Part shown: one piece after another, positions 27,294-41,090 of the stretch
Layout of the letters: each line of letters begins with the position of its first letter
How positions within the stretch are numbered: the first letter of the stretch is position 1
Source: Octopus sinensis
Taxonomy: Eukaryota
Direction: 5' to 3'
Assembly: GCF_006345805.1 (NCBI RefSeq)
Contig: NC_043007.1
Coordinates: 15,004,001-15,068,000, forward strand
Length of the DNA stretch: 64,000 bases
Program-made: the position numbers and the translations under genes
Notes under the pieces: generated by a model
What the model saw: the letters and a program-made list of their open reading frames with translations, nothing else
What the model was told of the DNA's origin: nothing
Databases searched by the model: none

Positions 27294-28342
27294 CTACAAA
27301 ATACAACATCCAGATAGTACATTAAAACAATGTATGTATGTATATATAAATATATATATAAAATTATAATTTAGGGTCAAATTTTGACTCTAAAACCGCA
27401 TTAAATGGTCATGCTGAACATTTAATGTGGTTTTAGAGTCAAATATTGACTGCTATTTCCAGCGTGGTGGTATCTCTTAGATACCCTAAATTATAATTTT
27501 AATAATAATTATTACCTTTGAAGGTTTTTATTTCCATACTGGCTACTTAATAAAATCTAATTTAAATTAACGATCTTATCCATATTTAATATATATATAT
27601 ACATATATATTATATATATATATAATATATATAATATATATATATATATATAATATATATATATATATATTATATATATATATTATAATATATATATATC
27701 TTCTATACATATAAATTTGACATGGGCGATTCTTTCTTGTCTTGGGATCACGGTCAAACGGATGGGTGAGATTGCGCGAAAAATTACACAGCTGTGTAGA
27801 ATGATTCGGTAGTGATGCTGGGCTTTGTATTTTTTTCATAGCTCTCATAGTTACCGAGATAATCTACTATAATAATACTCTTGCGTTTATGAATGAGAAA
27901 GGAAGGGGTGATAGATGAATTAGGAAGGAAGGGGTGATGTCATACTTGGTAGTGGGATGATGAAAAATGTACCCTGAAAAAAATCAAACAGCGTTTCAAC
28001 TCTGTGTGAATATATGTGTGTGTATGTAAAAGGAGGTATGTGAATGTGCGTGTGTGCGTGCATGCATGTCTGTGTGTGTTTGTGTGTGTTTGTGTGCGTG
28101 TGCACGCGCAAGGGAAGTGGGATGGTTCATCATTGTTCGCTTAGTATTTGGGTTTAGTTTTTGATTTGTTTGAATCTTGGTTGTTTTTTGTTGATCAATT
28201 ATTTTTAGCGTTTTGACAGAAGAACGTCGTTCTAAAATTGTTTGTTAACGTAAGCGTGCCCAAACAAGTAAAATGCTTACACAGAGCAGGTTTTACAGCC
28301 ACACCATCCAAACCGACCGGGTGAAGCAGGTCTTAGCTGCTA

Positions 28343-28379
<37 letters not shown>

Positions 28380-28498
28380 TATATATATATATATATGTAC
28401 ACAGTTCTATATTTAAGAGATGAGGAATTATGTACATTATTTAGATTATTTACATTATTTACATTCGACGGATATTTGTCCTCATCTTGTTTGTTGTT

Positions 28499-28544
28499 AA
28501 CACAACGTTTCGGCTGATATAATCTCCAGCCTTCTTCAGGTGTC
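28499..28544 (-). ncRNA. Predicted minimal type I hammerhead ribozyme in a Penelope-like repeat (GUU site)
   Basis: GACAC-CTGAAGA-A-GGCTG(loop)CAGCC-GAA-ACGT-T-GTGTT; 5 bp stems I and II, palindromic stem III. Confidence 0.65.
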
Positions 28545-28675
28545 TTGGGGGAAATTTCGAAACTGAGTTCTCATTCCCAAGGTATTTTTCAATGTTTTTG
28601 TTGTTGTTGTTGTTGTAAAACACAATAAAAAGGCCTCTTGGAGTCAAGTTGTACAAATACAAAACAAAAGTCAAA

Positions 28676-28806
28676 CAAGAAGAAGAAGAAGAAGAAGAAG
28701 AAGAAGAAGAAAAAGAAGAAGAAGAAAAGAAGAAAAGAAGAAGAAGAAGAAGAAGAAGAAGAAGAAGAAGAAGAAGAAGAAGAAGAAGAAGAAAGAAGAA
28801 GAAGAA
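28676..28806. repeat. (GAA)n microsatellite abutting the donor of exon I
   Basis: Direct reading. Confidence 0.97.
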
Positions 28807-28816
28807 ATACACATAC

Positions 28817-28976
28817 CATCGGGACTATAGAAGCTTACGGAAAATTTGTCTCCAGCCGTGTCGATCGTGATTCGAAGGTCCCAGAGGTTCTTATCGACAT
28901 AAATCTCCAAATAACTTTGATCCGCCGGGTGGAGTGTGGAACGCATGATTTCTACGGGATATTCAACTAAATTTTC
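28817..28976 (-). CDS. VWA7: VWA7-like exon I (ENLVEYPVEI...VDKNLWDLRITID...FYSPD), phase 0-1
   Basis: Acceptor tttcacag, donor GTATGT, 160 nt; VD..L..L.I...SPDG pattern. Confidence 0.88.
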
Positions 28977-29122
28977 CTGTGAAAGATACGAATACAAACA
29001 CATATTAGACAAGGCATAGGATAAGTAATACACATTCTTCTCCTCCTCCTTATCCTTCCCCTCCTCCTCACTTCCCCTCCTCCTCCCCTTCCCTTCGCCC
29101 CCTCCTTTTCACCACCACCACC

Positions 29123-29155
<33 letters not shown>

Positions 29156-29340
29156 GTCGTCATCATCGTCATCATCATCACCACTACCACAATCGCCTTA
29201 ACTATCACTATCAGCATCAGCATCATCTTCGTGATCAGCTGGCGATGATGATAATGAGATGCTGCTGCTGCTGATGATGATGATCATTATCCTCAACGTA
29301 ACCATCATCGTTATCAGCAGCAGCAGTAGCTTTATGACCA

Positions 29341-29375
<35 letters not shown>

Positions 29376-29674
29376 GCAGCATGACAACTGCTTCGGCGGC
29401 CATTTTCCGCAGCAGAAAGAAGAATTTCACGGAAAGACGCTGTTCCTTCGTTTCGGCCATCGCAAAAATCGACGAACGAGGGAGAAGCACTGCAAACCAA
29501 AGACGCACCACGTGGCAGTACGATCACATTCCACAACGCCAGTCGGCAGACTGATGCCTGAGGATCGCATCAAGTGGCTTCAGACGGTGAAGCCTGAACT
29601 ACAACGGATTTGTCCCACAGAGAACGTTTCCGGTTACTTTTGGATACTCTCACACACACACACACACACACACG

Positions 29675-29716
<42 letters not shown>

Positions 29717-30112
29717 CATACGTACATATATTTTGCTGGCACTCCGTCGGTTGTCACGACGAGGGTTGCAGTTGATCCGATCGACAGAACAGCCTGCTCG
29801 TGAAATTAACGTGCAAGTGGCTGAGTACTCCGCAAACACGTGCAACCCTAACGTAGTTCTCAGGGAGATTCAGCGTGACACAGAGTATAACAGAGCTGGC
29901 CCTTCGAAATATAGGTACTACTAATTTTTGACAGTATAAATTCTTATAGGTACAGTTGTGTTAGTGGGATAAAAACCAAGAGGTTCTGGGTTCAGTCCCA
30001 TTGCGTGGAAAGTGTCTTCTACTATACATTCAAAATTAATTAAAACCTTGTGAGTAGATTTACTGGACAGAAACTGAAAGAAGACCGTCGTACACACACA
30101 CACACACACACG

Positions 30113-30155
<43 letters not shown>

Positions 30156-30472
30156 ATTAAAATACAGTTGAAGATATATAAACCTCTGAGGGATAGAAAT
30201 ATCCAAGATTAGAAATATTTCTCCCAGCGTTCACTATTTCCTCCTCGCTCTGGTCTAACGACCCTCTATGTTTGTTTTCGTTCGTAGGTCACCACTGTCT
30301 CCACTGTCAAATTGAATTTGTTAGACAAAAACTACAGATGTTTGGGATGGTCTCGCGTCCTAACCTAAGCGGACAATAATTTTTATTTCTCCCGCGATTA
30401 ACGTTACGGAAAACCGGAGATAAACCGTTTACGAAAACGAGCATTATTTCACGTCAAAGATGAAGTACTTAC

Positions 30473-30594
30473 TTCGAGTACAGTAAGGGTATTTTCCAAC
30501 TGCTTCTCATTGGTCACATAAACTTGGCTTCCTGTTTTATCTGCAAGCTGGTCGAATATTTTATACCAACTGTTGATTTTATCGAAATCATAAT
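30473..30594 (-). CDS. VWA7: VWA7-like exon H (YDFDKINSWYKIFDQLADKTGSQVYVTNEKQLENTLTVLE), phase 1-0
   Basis: Acceptor ctctctag, donor GTAAGT, 122 nt; LAxxTGxxVY end of the vWA domain. Confidence 0.88.
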
Positions 30595-30890
30595 CTAGAG
30601 AGGAAAAAAAATGAGCACATTTATAACACATATATGACTAATAGCGACAAAAGCAATTTTAATACCAAACGGTAATATTTAAAATAGATAAATGCGTCCT
30701 TTTAAAGCTTAGCCAGGCTCATAGGCCCGCTTTTCCGGTTTCTATGGCGTATGTGTTCCCCAGCTGGACGGGATGCTAGTCCATCGCAGCGTTACTCATT
30801 TTTGCCAGGTTGCCCGGTCCAGGAATCGAAGCCAAAATCTTACGATCATGATGCTGACACCTTAACCACTAAGCCACGCGCCTCCAACTA

Positions 30891-30934
<44 letters not shown>

Positions 30935-31459
30935 AAATAAAAAAAACGTGCCCTTTTAAAGCCTAGCCAGGCTCATGGACCCGATTTCCCAGTTTCAATG
31001 GCGTATGTGTTCCCCAGCCGGACAGGACGCCAGTCCATCGCAGCGTTACTCATTTTTGCCAGCTGTGTGAACTGGAGCAACGTGAAGTGAAGTGTTTTGC
31101 TCAAGAACACAACGCGTCGCCCGGTCCAGGAATCGAAACCACAATCAAACGATCATGGTGCTGACACCCTAACCACTAACCACTAAGCCACGTGTACCTC
31201 CACAAAAGGTAATATTTATCATCTACTTAAAGTGGATATTGTGTTAGAACATAGAATGCTGCGTTATTTACCTCTTCTAGGGACTTGTGGTGTTTATATC
31301 GCTGACAGGTGATAACCGTCCGCGACAGTAGTCAGACACCACACACACACATAACGGCAAAACATCCACAGAGAGGTGTACGTATGCATACGCATAAAGT
31401 TTATACTGTTTAATGGTGATACATTCTTTTTTCTCTCGCTCTCTGTCTCATTCCATATA

Positions 31460-31504
<45 letters not shown>

Positions 31505-31756
31505 GGGAGAGTTCACGCAAAAAACAAAAGACGAAGGCAGGTGGTGTATAAAACAAACATATGTATTAGTATAATGCTCAGGAAATTGAAAAAGTCTTTT
31601 ATGTTTCGAGCCTAAACTCTTCTACAGAAAGGGACACACAAAAAAACAAAACAAAACAAGGAGAGAAACAAAATGTGTGTAGTGGCTACAGATCTATCAT
31701 GGCGATTGCCGGACAGAAGGGTCACACAGGAGAGCGAAGAAAGAAGTAGAGGGAAC

Positions 31757-31840
<84 letters not shown>

Positions 31841-32089
31841 TATATAATCTTTTATTAGTTGAAATCGCTACAGAAGTGGGACAACGGTCTAGGGGTTCGT
31901 ACCGATGAACTTGTCAAATATGATATAAATTAGTGCCTTCGCACAAAACCCTTGGCCCTTGGGATATTCTTATAACAATCTCAGTTAATATTTTATGTCC
32001 TGACTTGTCTGAAGAAGCGGTTGTACATTAAGAGAAACTCCAGGTCACTGAGGCATCCTAAATTATATATGATGCTAGTCTCTCGTGTG

Positions 32090-32472
32090 GGGGCGCAATG
32101 GCCCAGTGGTTAGGGCAGCGGACTCACAGTCATAGAATCGCGGTTTCGATTCCCAGACCGGGCGTTGTGAGTGTTTATTGAGCGAAAACACCTAAAGCTC
32201 CACGAGGCTCCGGCAGGGGATGGTGGTGATCCCTGCTGTACTCTTTCACCACAACTTTCTCTCACTCTTACTTCCTGTTTCTGTTGTACCTGTATTTCAA
32301 GGGGCCGGCCTTGTCACTCTCTGTGTCACGCTGAATATCCCTGAGATCTACGTTAAGGGTGCACGTGTCTGTGGAGTGCTCAGCCACTTACACGTTAATT
32401 TCACGAGCAGGCTGTTCCGTTGATTCGGATCAACCGGAACCCTCATCGTCGTAACCGACGGAGTGCTTCCAA
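32090..32472 (+). mobile_element. tRNA(Arg-like)-derived SINE family C, example (others near 4905, 5783, 38528, 39200, 45499, 45930, 55605)
   Basis: Box A TGGCCCAGTGG, box B GGTTTCGATTCCC; shared body; variable 3' modules. Confidence 0.85.
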
Positions 32473-32854
32473 GCTAGTCTCTCGTAGTGTGAGAAAGACG
32501 GTTCTGCAATTTCTTGCTGAGCCTGAACAAAGGATTTGTTTTTTTTTATAGTGATCAATGTTTGTGCTGTACATCAGCGCCCTCTATCCATGAACTCGAC
32601 GTTGCTTGAACAGGTGCACAAAATATCAGATGTCGAAGTGATCGCAGAACAGCGTGAGATCAAATGTTTTGCTCAAGAACAGAACGTACAACCCGGTCCA
32701 GAAACTGAAACCTCGATCTCGCGATTATGAGTGCAACACCCTCATCACTAGGTCGTGTACCCTGAATAAATCGTATATATGTATGATGTAACACTTGTGT
32801 TCATCCATAAAAAAAACACGTCTGAAACAGCTGTAGTGAACCTCAATCCATCTG

Positions 32855-32892
<38 letters not shown>

Positions 32893-34206
32893 ATGTATAC
32901 ACACACATACACAATATACGCACACACATAAACATATTTGTTGACCCTGGGGCTATCATGAATTATAAGGTTTTATATAAAAAGTTTGAACATGTTTTAT
33001 CAAAATAGTATGTGTTTGTTTGCTTGCTTGCTTACGCGTGTATGTGTGTGTATTATGGAATATACAATCCTTACGTATAAAGAATATAAGAATAGAGTAA
33101 TAAAGGTAGGTAGTTCATATTTCATGTCAAGTTTTGCTCGAGTTTAATAGATCTATTTAAAAAATTATCTACGACGAATATAGGAACACGAGCCTTCTTT
33201 GTGACCAGAAATAATGGTGGCAGGTTTTGTCAAGTGTAAATTGTTTTCCGCCGAGAACACTTATATCAGAGATAATAATCAGAAAAACGGAAGGGTCTAA
33301 TTATGATAGTATAGCATTCAATTACGACTGAATAATTATCCACACTTAAGTTTGGATGATGTGTGGGACAAAGGTATCTCGCGTCAAATAAGTCAATGAG
33401 CAATTGATAGAATCGTTATTTTATCATTTCTACCAAAGCACTCTATCCAGTCAGCGACTTAACAACATTTATAGTCACCTAAACACACATACACAAACAC
33501 TTATGTACACTCAAAGACGCACACACGTATGCACTGGCACACCCGAATATATAATGTCAACATCTACTTTCAGTGAGGGGCTGATTGCAACGATTGCAGC
33601 AGTTGGTTAATTATTGATAAAGATCTAAGCATTTAATATAATGTCCTGTTTCACTCACTTAACTGTTGCGCTCAACATGACACCAACACTGCAAAATTAT
33701 CCAATTATCTCCTTGTTCGTATTTCCATACATGCCAATGACTCATAGAGGTGCTACGACTTGCAACTGGTGGCTGTTGCTAAATCAAGCAGTCAGTATCA
33801 ACTGCAGCTTCACTTAAAACTATTTACGTGCACACTGCCTTTTAAGAATTCCGAATACAATCACGATTAAATAGTCGTGGATGCTGTACGTGGGAAGAGG
33901 AGCCGCATGGGTGTTGTGGAAGGATTCCGACCACTCCCAAGTGATTAGAAGGTGGACTGACTCATTGTTATAAAACAAAGAACTGTGTGCGATTGGTAGC
34001 TAGTGTTGGTAAGCAGTTCAGTGTAAGTCTTGGACATAGAGCGTTGAGTCTCGTGTGATAGTAATAGTAATGCGTCATGTTTTTACTTTCTTCCCACTGC
34101 TTCGTTATATTATATATTCAATACTAGAATATAAAAATAGGTCAGGATGTTACTGAAATAAATTACCTGGGGTCTAGTTTAGGGTTTATATTGATTAAAG
34201 GTTTAG

Positions 34207-34365
34207 AAAGAGTGGCTGTGTGGTAAGTAGCTTGCTTACCAACCACATGGTTCCGGGTTCAGTCCCACTGCGTAGCACCTTGGGCAAGTGTCTTCTACTA
34301 TAGCCTCGGGCCGACCAAAGCCTTGTGAGTGGATTTGGTAGACAGGAACTGAAAGAAGCCCGTCG

Positions 34366-34396
<31 letters not shown>

Positions 34397-34605
34397 GTGT
34401 GTGTGTTTGTCCCCCCCCCCCACCATCGCTTCACAATCGGTGTTGGTGTGTTTACGTCCCCGTAAATTAGCGGTTCGGCAAAAGTGACCGATAGAATAAG
34501 TACTAGGCTTACAGAGAATAAGACCTGGGGTCGATTTACTCGACTAAAGGCGGTGCTCCAGCATGGCCGCAGTCAAATGACTGAGACAAGTAAAAGAGTA
34601 AAAGA
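34207..34605 (+). mobile_element. tRNA-derived SINE family B with internal (TA/TG)n and (AGTAAA)n tail, example (others near 10455, 11130, 12240, 12913, 19425, 22880, 47730, 49915, 61100)
   Basis: Box A TGGCTGTGTGG, box B GGTTCAGTCCC, CORE-like GGGCAAGTGTCTT; many copies. Confidence 0.85.
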
Positions 34606-34833
34606 GCAATCATATCAACGAAATTCTCAAGTTATGAGATAATATATGATTAGTTCAAGACACATATACATACTACGGGCTTCTTTCAGTTTCCGTCTAC
34701 CAAGTCCACTCACAAGGCTTTGGTCGGCCCGGGGCTATAGTAGAAGACACTTGCCCAAGGTGCCACGCAGTAGGACTGAACCCGGAACCATGTGGTTGGT
34801 AAGCAAGCTACTTACCACACAGCCACTCCTGCG

Positions 34834-34883
<50 letters not shown>

Positions 34884-36015
34884 TATATACATGTGCATAA
34901 GTGATGTGAGCGTGCGTGTTGTGTGCGCGCGTGCATGCACATGCATATTTTTTGGTGAAGTGTGTGTGCATTTACTTGTTCTTGTGTATTGCTATGTGAC
35001 AACTGAAACCGTATGATCAAATGTCGTTTGATAATCCTGATAAACACATCAAACCGAGCTTTTACTAAGAATCTATCGCGCCCCCAATTGAAGCAATAAT
35101 TTTAAAAAATGGGTGCTACCCTCTCTGAGCACACCAGGACTGATTAAAGGGTCATATAATTGTTATCCTAGACGGGTGTTGTGCTTACTGTTAGGTTTTA
35201 CAATTTCTGTGATATAATATTATTTTCTTTGCAATTTTCTGTTTTATCCGCCTGAGTAATACTACCTGCAGAATAAACATATTTTCCTGTTTGAGCTGAT
35301 AAAAGATAGGTGGAGTGGGTTGGCTCAAAAGATAAGGAGTAAAATTCAAAGTGGATGAGAATAACTGATTTAAATAATACCCTGTTTCGCTTTTTGAACA
35401 ATACATTTCTTTCGTATATTTCTCTCATAACTGGACGAAATAATAAACAAGCAAAAACAATAACAAAAAAACAGAGCAAAAAAAAAAGACATTCTGGAAG
35501 AAAGAAAAAATATTTGAGAGACAGAAGAGATATCTGTTATATAAAATCCGTTCTGTCTGTCTGTGTGTGTCTTGTAGGATCTCGAGCATCCTCCATCCGA
35601 TTGCGCTCAAATTTGATATGTAGATACCGACGGTATCAGGGCGTGTATAAGTCTTGAAAAAATTACAAAAATCGATTCCAGGTGAGAATGCGATTGATAA
35701 AGCCGTGGGAACGTGCATTTGTACGTGCAAGTACATCAGCTGTTGCAATCGATACTACGCTAAGGGTACACATGTCTGTGGAGTGCTCAGCCACTTGCAC
35801 GTTAATTTCACGAGCAGGCTGTTCCGTTGATCCCAACCCTCGTCGTCGCAACCGACGGAGTGCCAACAACAAGATGAAATAAACAAAGGATATCATAGTA
35901 ACGGTACAAGAAACAGAGAGAGGAAATAGTGTGTCAGTGTGGTTAGAGGTTGCAGAGTTTAGATGATTGACAATCAACTGAATGGCATTATATGGGATTC
36001 GAACTCGGATGATAA

Positions 36016-36069
<54 letters not shown>

Positions 36070-36203
36070 TGCAACGACAGCATTGTGCACAAGACATGAG
36101 CAGAACTACCAGCATGGTTGTTAATTGATCTGAATAGAAACTAAATGAAATGGGAAATCTAATGATTATGATAATAATAATAATAATAATTACTAATACA
36201 AAC

Positions 36204-36383
36204 CAATTGTATCTGAAGCCTCTCGCCTTCTTCTGTCTTTTCCACAACCACGAGAAAGAATTGGCGTGATTCTAATGCGTTTCTTTATGGCTTTCGTTAG
36301 TACACTTTCGAACTTGGCTGGTTCCTTGGGTGGAGCGTCGGTAAAGAGATACACCTGCGATTCCGGAGTCGCCCGTTCGATTG
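36204..36383 (-). CDS. VWA7: VWA7-like exon G (IERATPESQVYLFTDAPPKE...GCGKDRRRREASDTI), phase 1-1
   Basis: Acceptor cttttag, donor GTTTGT, 180 nt; FTDA motif of the vWA domain; not in the ORF track. Confidence 0.85.
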
Positions 36384-36399
36384 CTAAAAGACATTAACA

Positions 36400-36470
<71 letters not shown>

Positions 36471-36486
36471 TAAAATAATAATAATA

Positions 36487-36539
<53 letters not shown>

Positions 36540-36759
36540 AATAATAATAACAACCCCAAAATGGGGCAGAAATTCAAAAGATAGTGCTCATGGGAGCTGT
36601 CCATATCCTACGTAAAATGCTGTGTATGTAATCTCAAATTTTAAAATAAACTCATAATTTCCTTATGTTTTCTTAAACATTCTCTAGAATAATACTATGT
36701 ACAAAACTAAATATATGACACCCGAGGCATAACACGGACTCGACTCTACACTTATCTTC

Positions 36760-37450
36760 CCATTTTGGGCTAGTTACTGAATAGTTATGCGATGATTCTT
36801 CAAAATGGCGACTTTCACTTTATGGATGGTGTGGTCATCAATGGCGGAATGTGGACGTCCAGGAATAGAAGTAGTTTCCACCGATGTCCGACCACATTTG
36901 AACTGACGATGCTTGTGCTTGACTACGTCGTACGATGGTGCATTATCTATATATATAAAAGTGAAGTTGTGTGAGTGTCTGTCTCCTACGATTTAGATTC
37001 CTAACTACTCCCACATTTTGCAGTGCAGTTTAACCAAATTCGGGTATCTTATAGTCATGATTCATATCGAGCCCGTCTGGGTATTAGCGCGCGTCTACGA
37101 TGAGTCTACGATTTAAAAAAAAATTTACCATAATTTTTTTCCATTTTAATGCATTTTTTCGCTATTATATAAGGGAAGTAACTCTCTATAAATGTCTACG
37201 ATGAGTCAACGATTTAAAAAAAACATTACCATCATTTTTTTTCCATTTTTAATGCATTTTTTTGCTACTTTTTGGCTATAACTCTCTAAAAAATGCTTAT
37301 ATAGTTATTTCCCTTACAAACCCGAGCAACGCCGGGCGATACTGCTAGTCACAATATAAACTTCTCTCATATCATCGAAAGTCTCTTTTGGTGCACGACT
37401 TTTCATGTATAAGAACCTGATCACTGATCTGCATTCAATCGCTTCCATCA
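36760..37450 (-). mobile_element. Mariner transposase N-terminal remnant split by a Helitron
   Basis: MEAIECRSVIRFLYMK...REVY on one side; NAPSYDVVK...GRTSVE...PGRP on the other. Confidence 0.8.
36946..37348 (+). mobile_element. Non-autonomous Helitron
   Basis: 5' TC, 3' CCC..GGG hairpin then CTAG, inserted between A and T, no TSD. Confidence 0.8.
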
Positions 37451-37822
37451 TAACACCTTAGTTTACTTCAGCAGCTGTAAAAGACAAATGAATACTAGCG
37501 GAAAGCTGCAATTTACAATGTGACAAGTAGAGACATGTATGATTATACTTGTACAAGTTCCGTTTCCCGCAATAACTGAAAGTGGGTCAGGGGAAACCTT
37601 TAATGAATGCCCCTCGTATCTAACTATATAACACATACGTTCGTACGTACGTGCCTACCTACTTACATACGTATATACTTACATATACTCTTTTACTCTT
37701 TACCCTTTTACTTGCTTCAGTCATGTGACTGTGGCCATTCTAGAGCACCGCCTTGTTTCCGAAAGTCACGGGAGCTGTGCTGTTTTCTGACATTGTCCAC
37801 GGGTGAACAACCTTAAATCTCC

Positions 37823-37855
<33 letters not shown>

Positions 37856-39904
37856 ACACACACGCACATCCCAGGCGCCACGCACTGCGCACGCACACAC
37901 ACCACATACGTACTTTCAAACACATAAATATATGCTTTTCAAGGCGTTGCTCAACATGGCCGCAGTCCAATGATTGAAGCACACAAAGATACCGCATTCA
38001 ATGCACCAATCTGTGACGCATACATACGTACGCTTACCCCATAAACTCACATCGTATTTATCAACACACATGCATGTACACGAACACTTGTCCTTGGGAG
38101 TGGTCAAAATCCAGTTAAGTACAAAGGAAACAAAACCAAATTATATATACTACGGCCGCCGCCAATTAACAACATTACTGAAGCCTTAGTTTCAATATTC
38201 AGGTGACACCATTGACCCTGTCGACAATGAGGGCACCGATTCTTTATCTCTTAATCTCCACTTTGCATTCACAATATAAATTGCAGACCATCCTTCTTTT
38301 CACTTAATTTAATTCTTGGCAAATATACACCTCAATTAAAAATTGCATCGTGTCATACAAATACTGTTCGTTTTCTTCTTTTTGTTTTTGTTCTTCTTCC
38401 TGCGGTGTGGCTCTTATTGTTGTTGACGATGTGATTGACCGAATAAAGTCAAACGATGCAGTTCAAACTGACATCATTCTATCAATTTTCTGGGGGCGTT
38501 CCATTCGTCTTGTATATTTTATTTTGGGGAGGCGCAATGGCCCAGTGGTTATGGCAGCGGACTCGCGGTCATAGGATCGCGGTTTCGATTCCCAGACCGG
38601 GTGTTGTGAGTGTTTATTGAGCGAAAACACCTAAAAGCTCCACGATGCTCCGGTAGGGGATGGTGGTGATCCCTGCTGTACTCTTTCACCACAACTTTCT
38701 CTCACTCTTACTTCCTGTTTCTGTTGTACATGTATTTCAAAGGGCCGGCCTTGTCACTCTCTGTGTCACGCTGAATCTCCCCGAGAACTACGTTAAGGGT
38801 ACCCGTGTCTGTGGAGTGCTCAGCCACTTACACGTTAATTTCACGAGCAGGCTGTTCCGTTGATTCGGATCAACCGGAACCCTCGTCGTCGTAACCGACG
38901 GAGTGCTTCCATCCATATTTTATTTTAGTAGTTTATGTTTCTTTATTACCTACAAGGGTCTAAACATAGAGGGGACAAACAAGGACAGACACACGGATTA
39001 AGTCGATTACATCGAACCCAGTGCGTAACTGGTACTTAATTTATCGACCCTGAAAGGATGAAAGGCAAAGTCGACCTCGGCGGAATTTGTGTTTAGTGTT
39101 AGTATAATTGTAGTTGTAGCATTTGGTGTTCTTGTAGTTAGCGACAAAGTGACTTGTGTTACTATATTTGATGTTACTCTGATGTTATTGTTGTTACGGT
39201 TGCTGTTGCTGTTGAGCGGTCCGAAACGTGGTCCTTTGCTATTCGTAAGACCCGCAGAAGAGAAAGCAGGTCAACCCCCGACACCGAGAGCATCGACGGA
39301 TGGATGAATGCGCATCCAGGCTCAGCGGTTGCGTAGGAAGTCGGGGACAAGAAACATGAAGAAAGAGTGAGAGAAAGTTTGGGCGAAAGTGTACAACAGG
39401 GGTCGCCACCACGCCCTGCCGGAGCCTCATGGAGCTTTAGGTGTTTTCGCTCAATAAACACACACAAGACCGGTCTGGGAATCGAAATCGCGATCCTCCG
39501 ACCGCGAGTCCACTGCCCTAACCACTGGGCCATTGCACCTCCTGTTGTTGATGTTACAGTAGCTGGGGACACCGTAGTTGGTCAGTTTGAAATTTGTGTC
39601 ATTGTATTTTGTATTGCTGTAGTTACTACTGTTAGAAATATATATTTCTTTATTGCCCACAAGGGGCTAAACATAGAGGGGACAAACAAAGACAGGCAAA
39701 GGGATTAAGTCGATTACATCGACCCCAGTGCGTAACCGGTACTTAATTTATCGACCCTGAAAGGATGAAAGGCAAAGTCGACCTCGGCAGAATTTGAACT
39801 CAGAACGTAACGACAGACGAAATACCGCAAAGCATTTCGCCCGGCGCGCTAACGTTTCTGCCAGCTCGCCGCCTCACTGTTAGAAATATAAATACACAAC
39901 TGAC

Positions 39905-40024
39905 CTTTCTCCAATCCGCTAAGAGCATACTCCTCGCAGTCTCCTCCGTTGGCCGCCTGTATGTTACGCAGCCAGTCTATCATCTCGTCAGCGTCGTTCG
40001 TTTGCCTGACTTGTGTCATACGTT
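39905..40024 (-). CDS. VWA7: VWA7-like exon F (RMTQVRQTNDADEM...ANGGDCEEYALSGLEK), phase 1-1
   Basis: Acceptor tttcacag, donor GTCAGT, 120 nt; GGDCxE motif. Confidence 0.9.
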
Positions 40025-40401
40025 CTGTGAAAGAGAGGAAAGAATAATTGTAACACCAGTTTAAACGAAACAAACGTGTAACGTGCTGTGAAACATAACA
40101 AAATGGTAATGGTACTGTTAGTATAACATTTGACAGAAGAATCGTCATATTTTAAGGGTACCTGTTTAATACATATGTTGTTTGGTGATGTAAAAATATA
40201 CAAAAACCAATTTTGGAAGAACCATCTGTGTGAATGTATGTATATATGAGTTTGTGTACACACACACACACACGCACGCACGTGCACACACATACACACA
40301 TGCTTTCGGTGTGGATAAGAAAGCCTTCGTTTTTCTGTTGAGGGCTTTTACGCCCCTCTATTAGACTATTTTCCTTAGTCATTGCACGGTGATCACGAAA
40401 G

Positions 40402-40451
<50 letters not shown>

Positions 40452-40689
40452 CTTTACTACCCACAAGGGGCTAAACACAGAGAGGACAAACATGGGCAGA
40501 CAAATGGATTAAGTCGATTATATCGCCCTCAGTGCGTAACTGGTACTTAATTTATCGACCCCGAAAGGATGAAAGGCAAAGTCGACCTCGGCGGAATTTG
40601 AACTCAGAACGTAACGGCAGACGAAATACCGCTAAGAATTTCGTCCGACGTGCTAACGTTTCTGCCAGCTCGCCGCCTTCTTATATATA

Positions 40690-41090
40690 TATATATGGTG
40701 TTTTTCATTTTCATTGGCATGAAGTGTAGGTGCGTAAACAGACATTAGTGCCATAAGGGTGGTAGCAGAGATCGGTATTCTGAGAGTCAAAAGCCGTTCG
40801 TTGATGGCAGAAAGTTTCAGATGGTGTTCCTTCACAAGCTTTTCCGTGAATTTTTCACTCTCCTTCTTTCCCTTTCCAGAAGAAGGTATAACCTGAACCT
40901 GTCTCTTCAGTCTTTCCTCCCCCAGGTAGACGTATTTCACTGAGGGAAGCGATGTCGATGTTAAATCTCGCTAGTTGTTCCAATGGTTAATTTAATTAAT
41001 TCAAGTTCTGTTGTTCGACCGCTTGAATGGGTGTTCTGCTGGATTCTGTGGTGACATCCGATTCTTTATCCCACGTACGTGTTTCCCCAT
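40690..41090 (-). mobile_element. RTE-like LINE endonuclease (APE) fragment
   Basis: FNIDIASLSEIRL, GYTFFWKGK and INERLLTLRIP...SVYAPTL across a frameshift. Confidence 0.8.

Noticed and set aside
29380-29640. GC-richer stretch with short ORFs
   Set aside because: Does not fit the exon phase chain; possibly a decayed LINE end but too weak to assign
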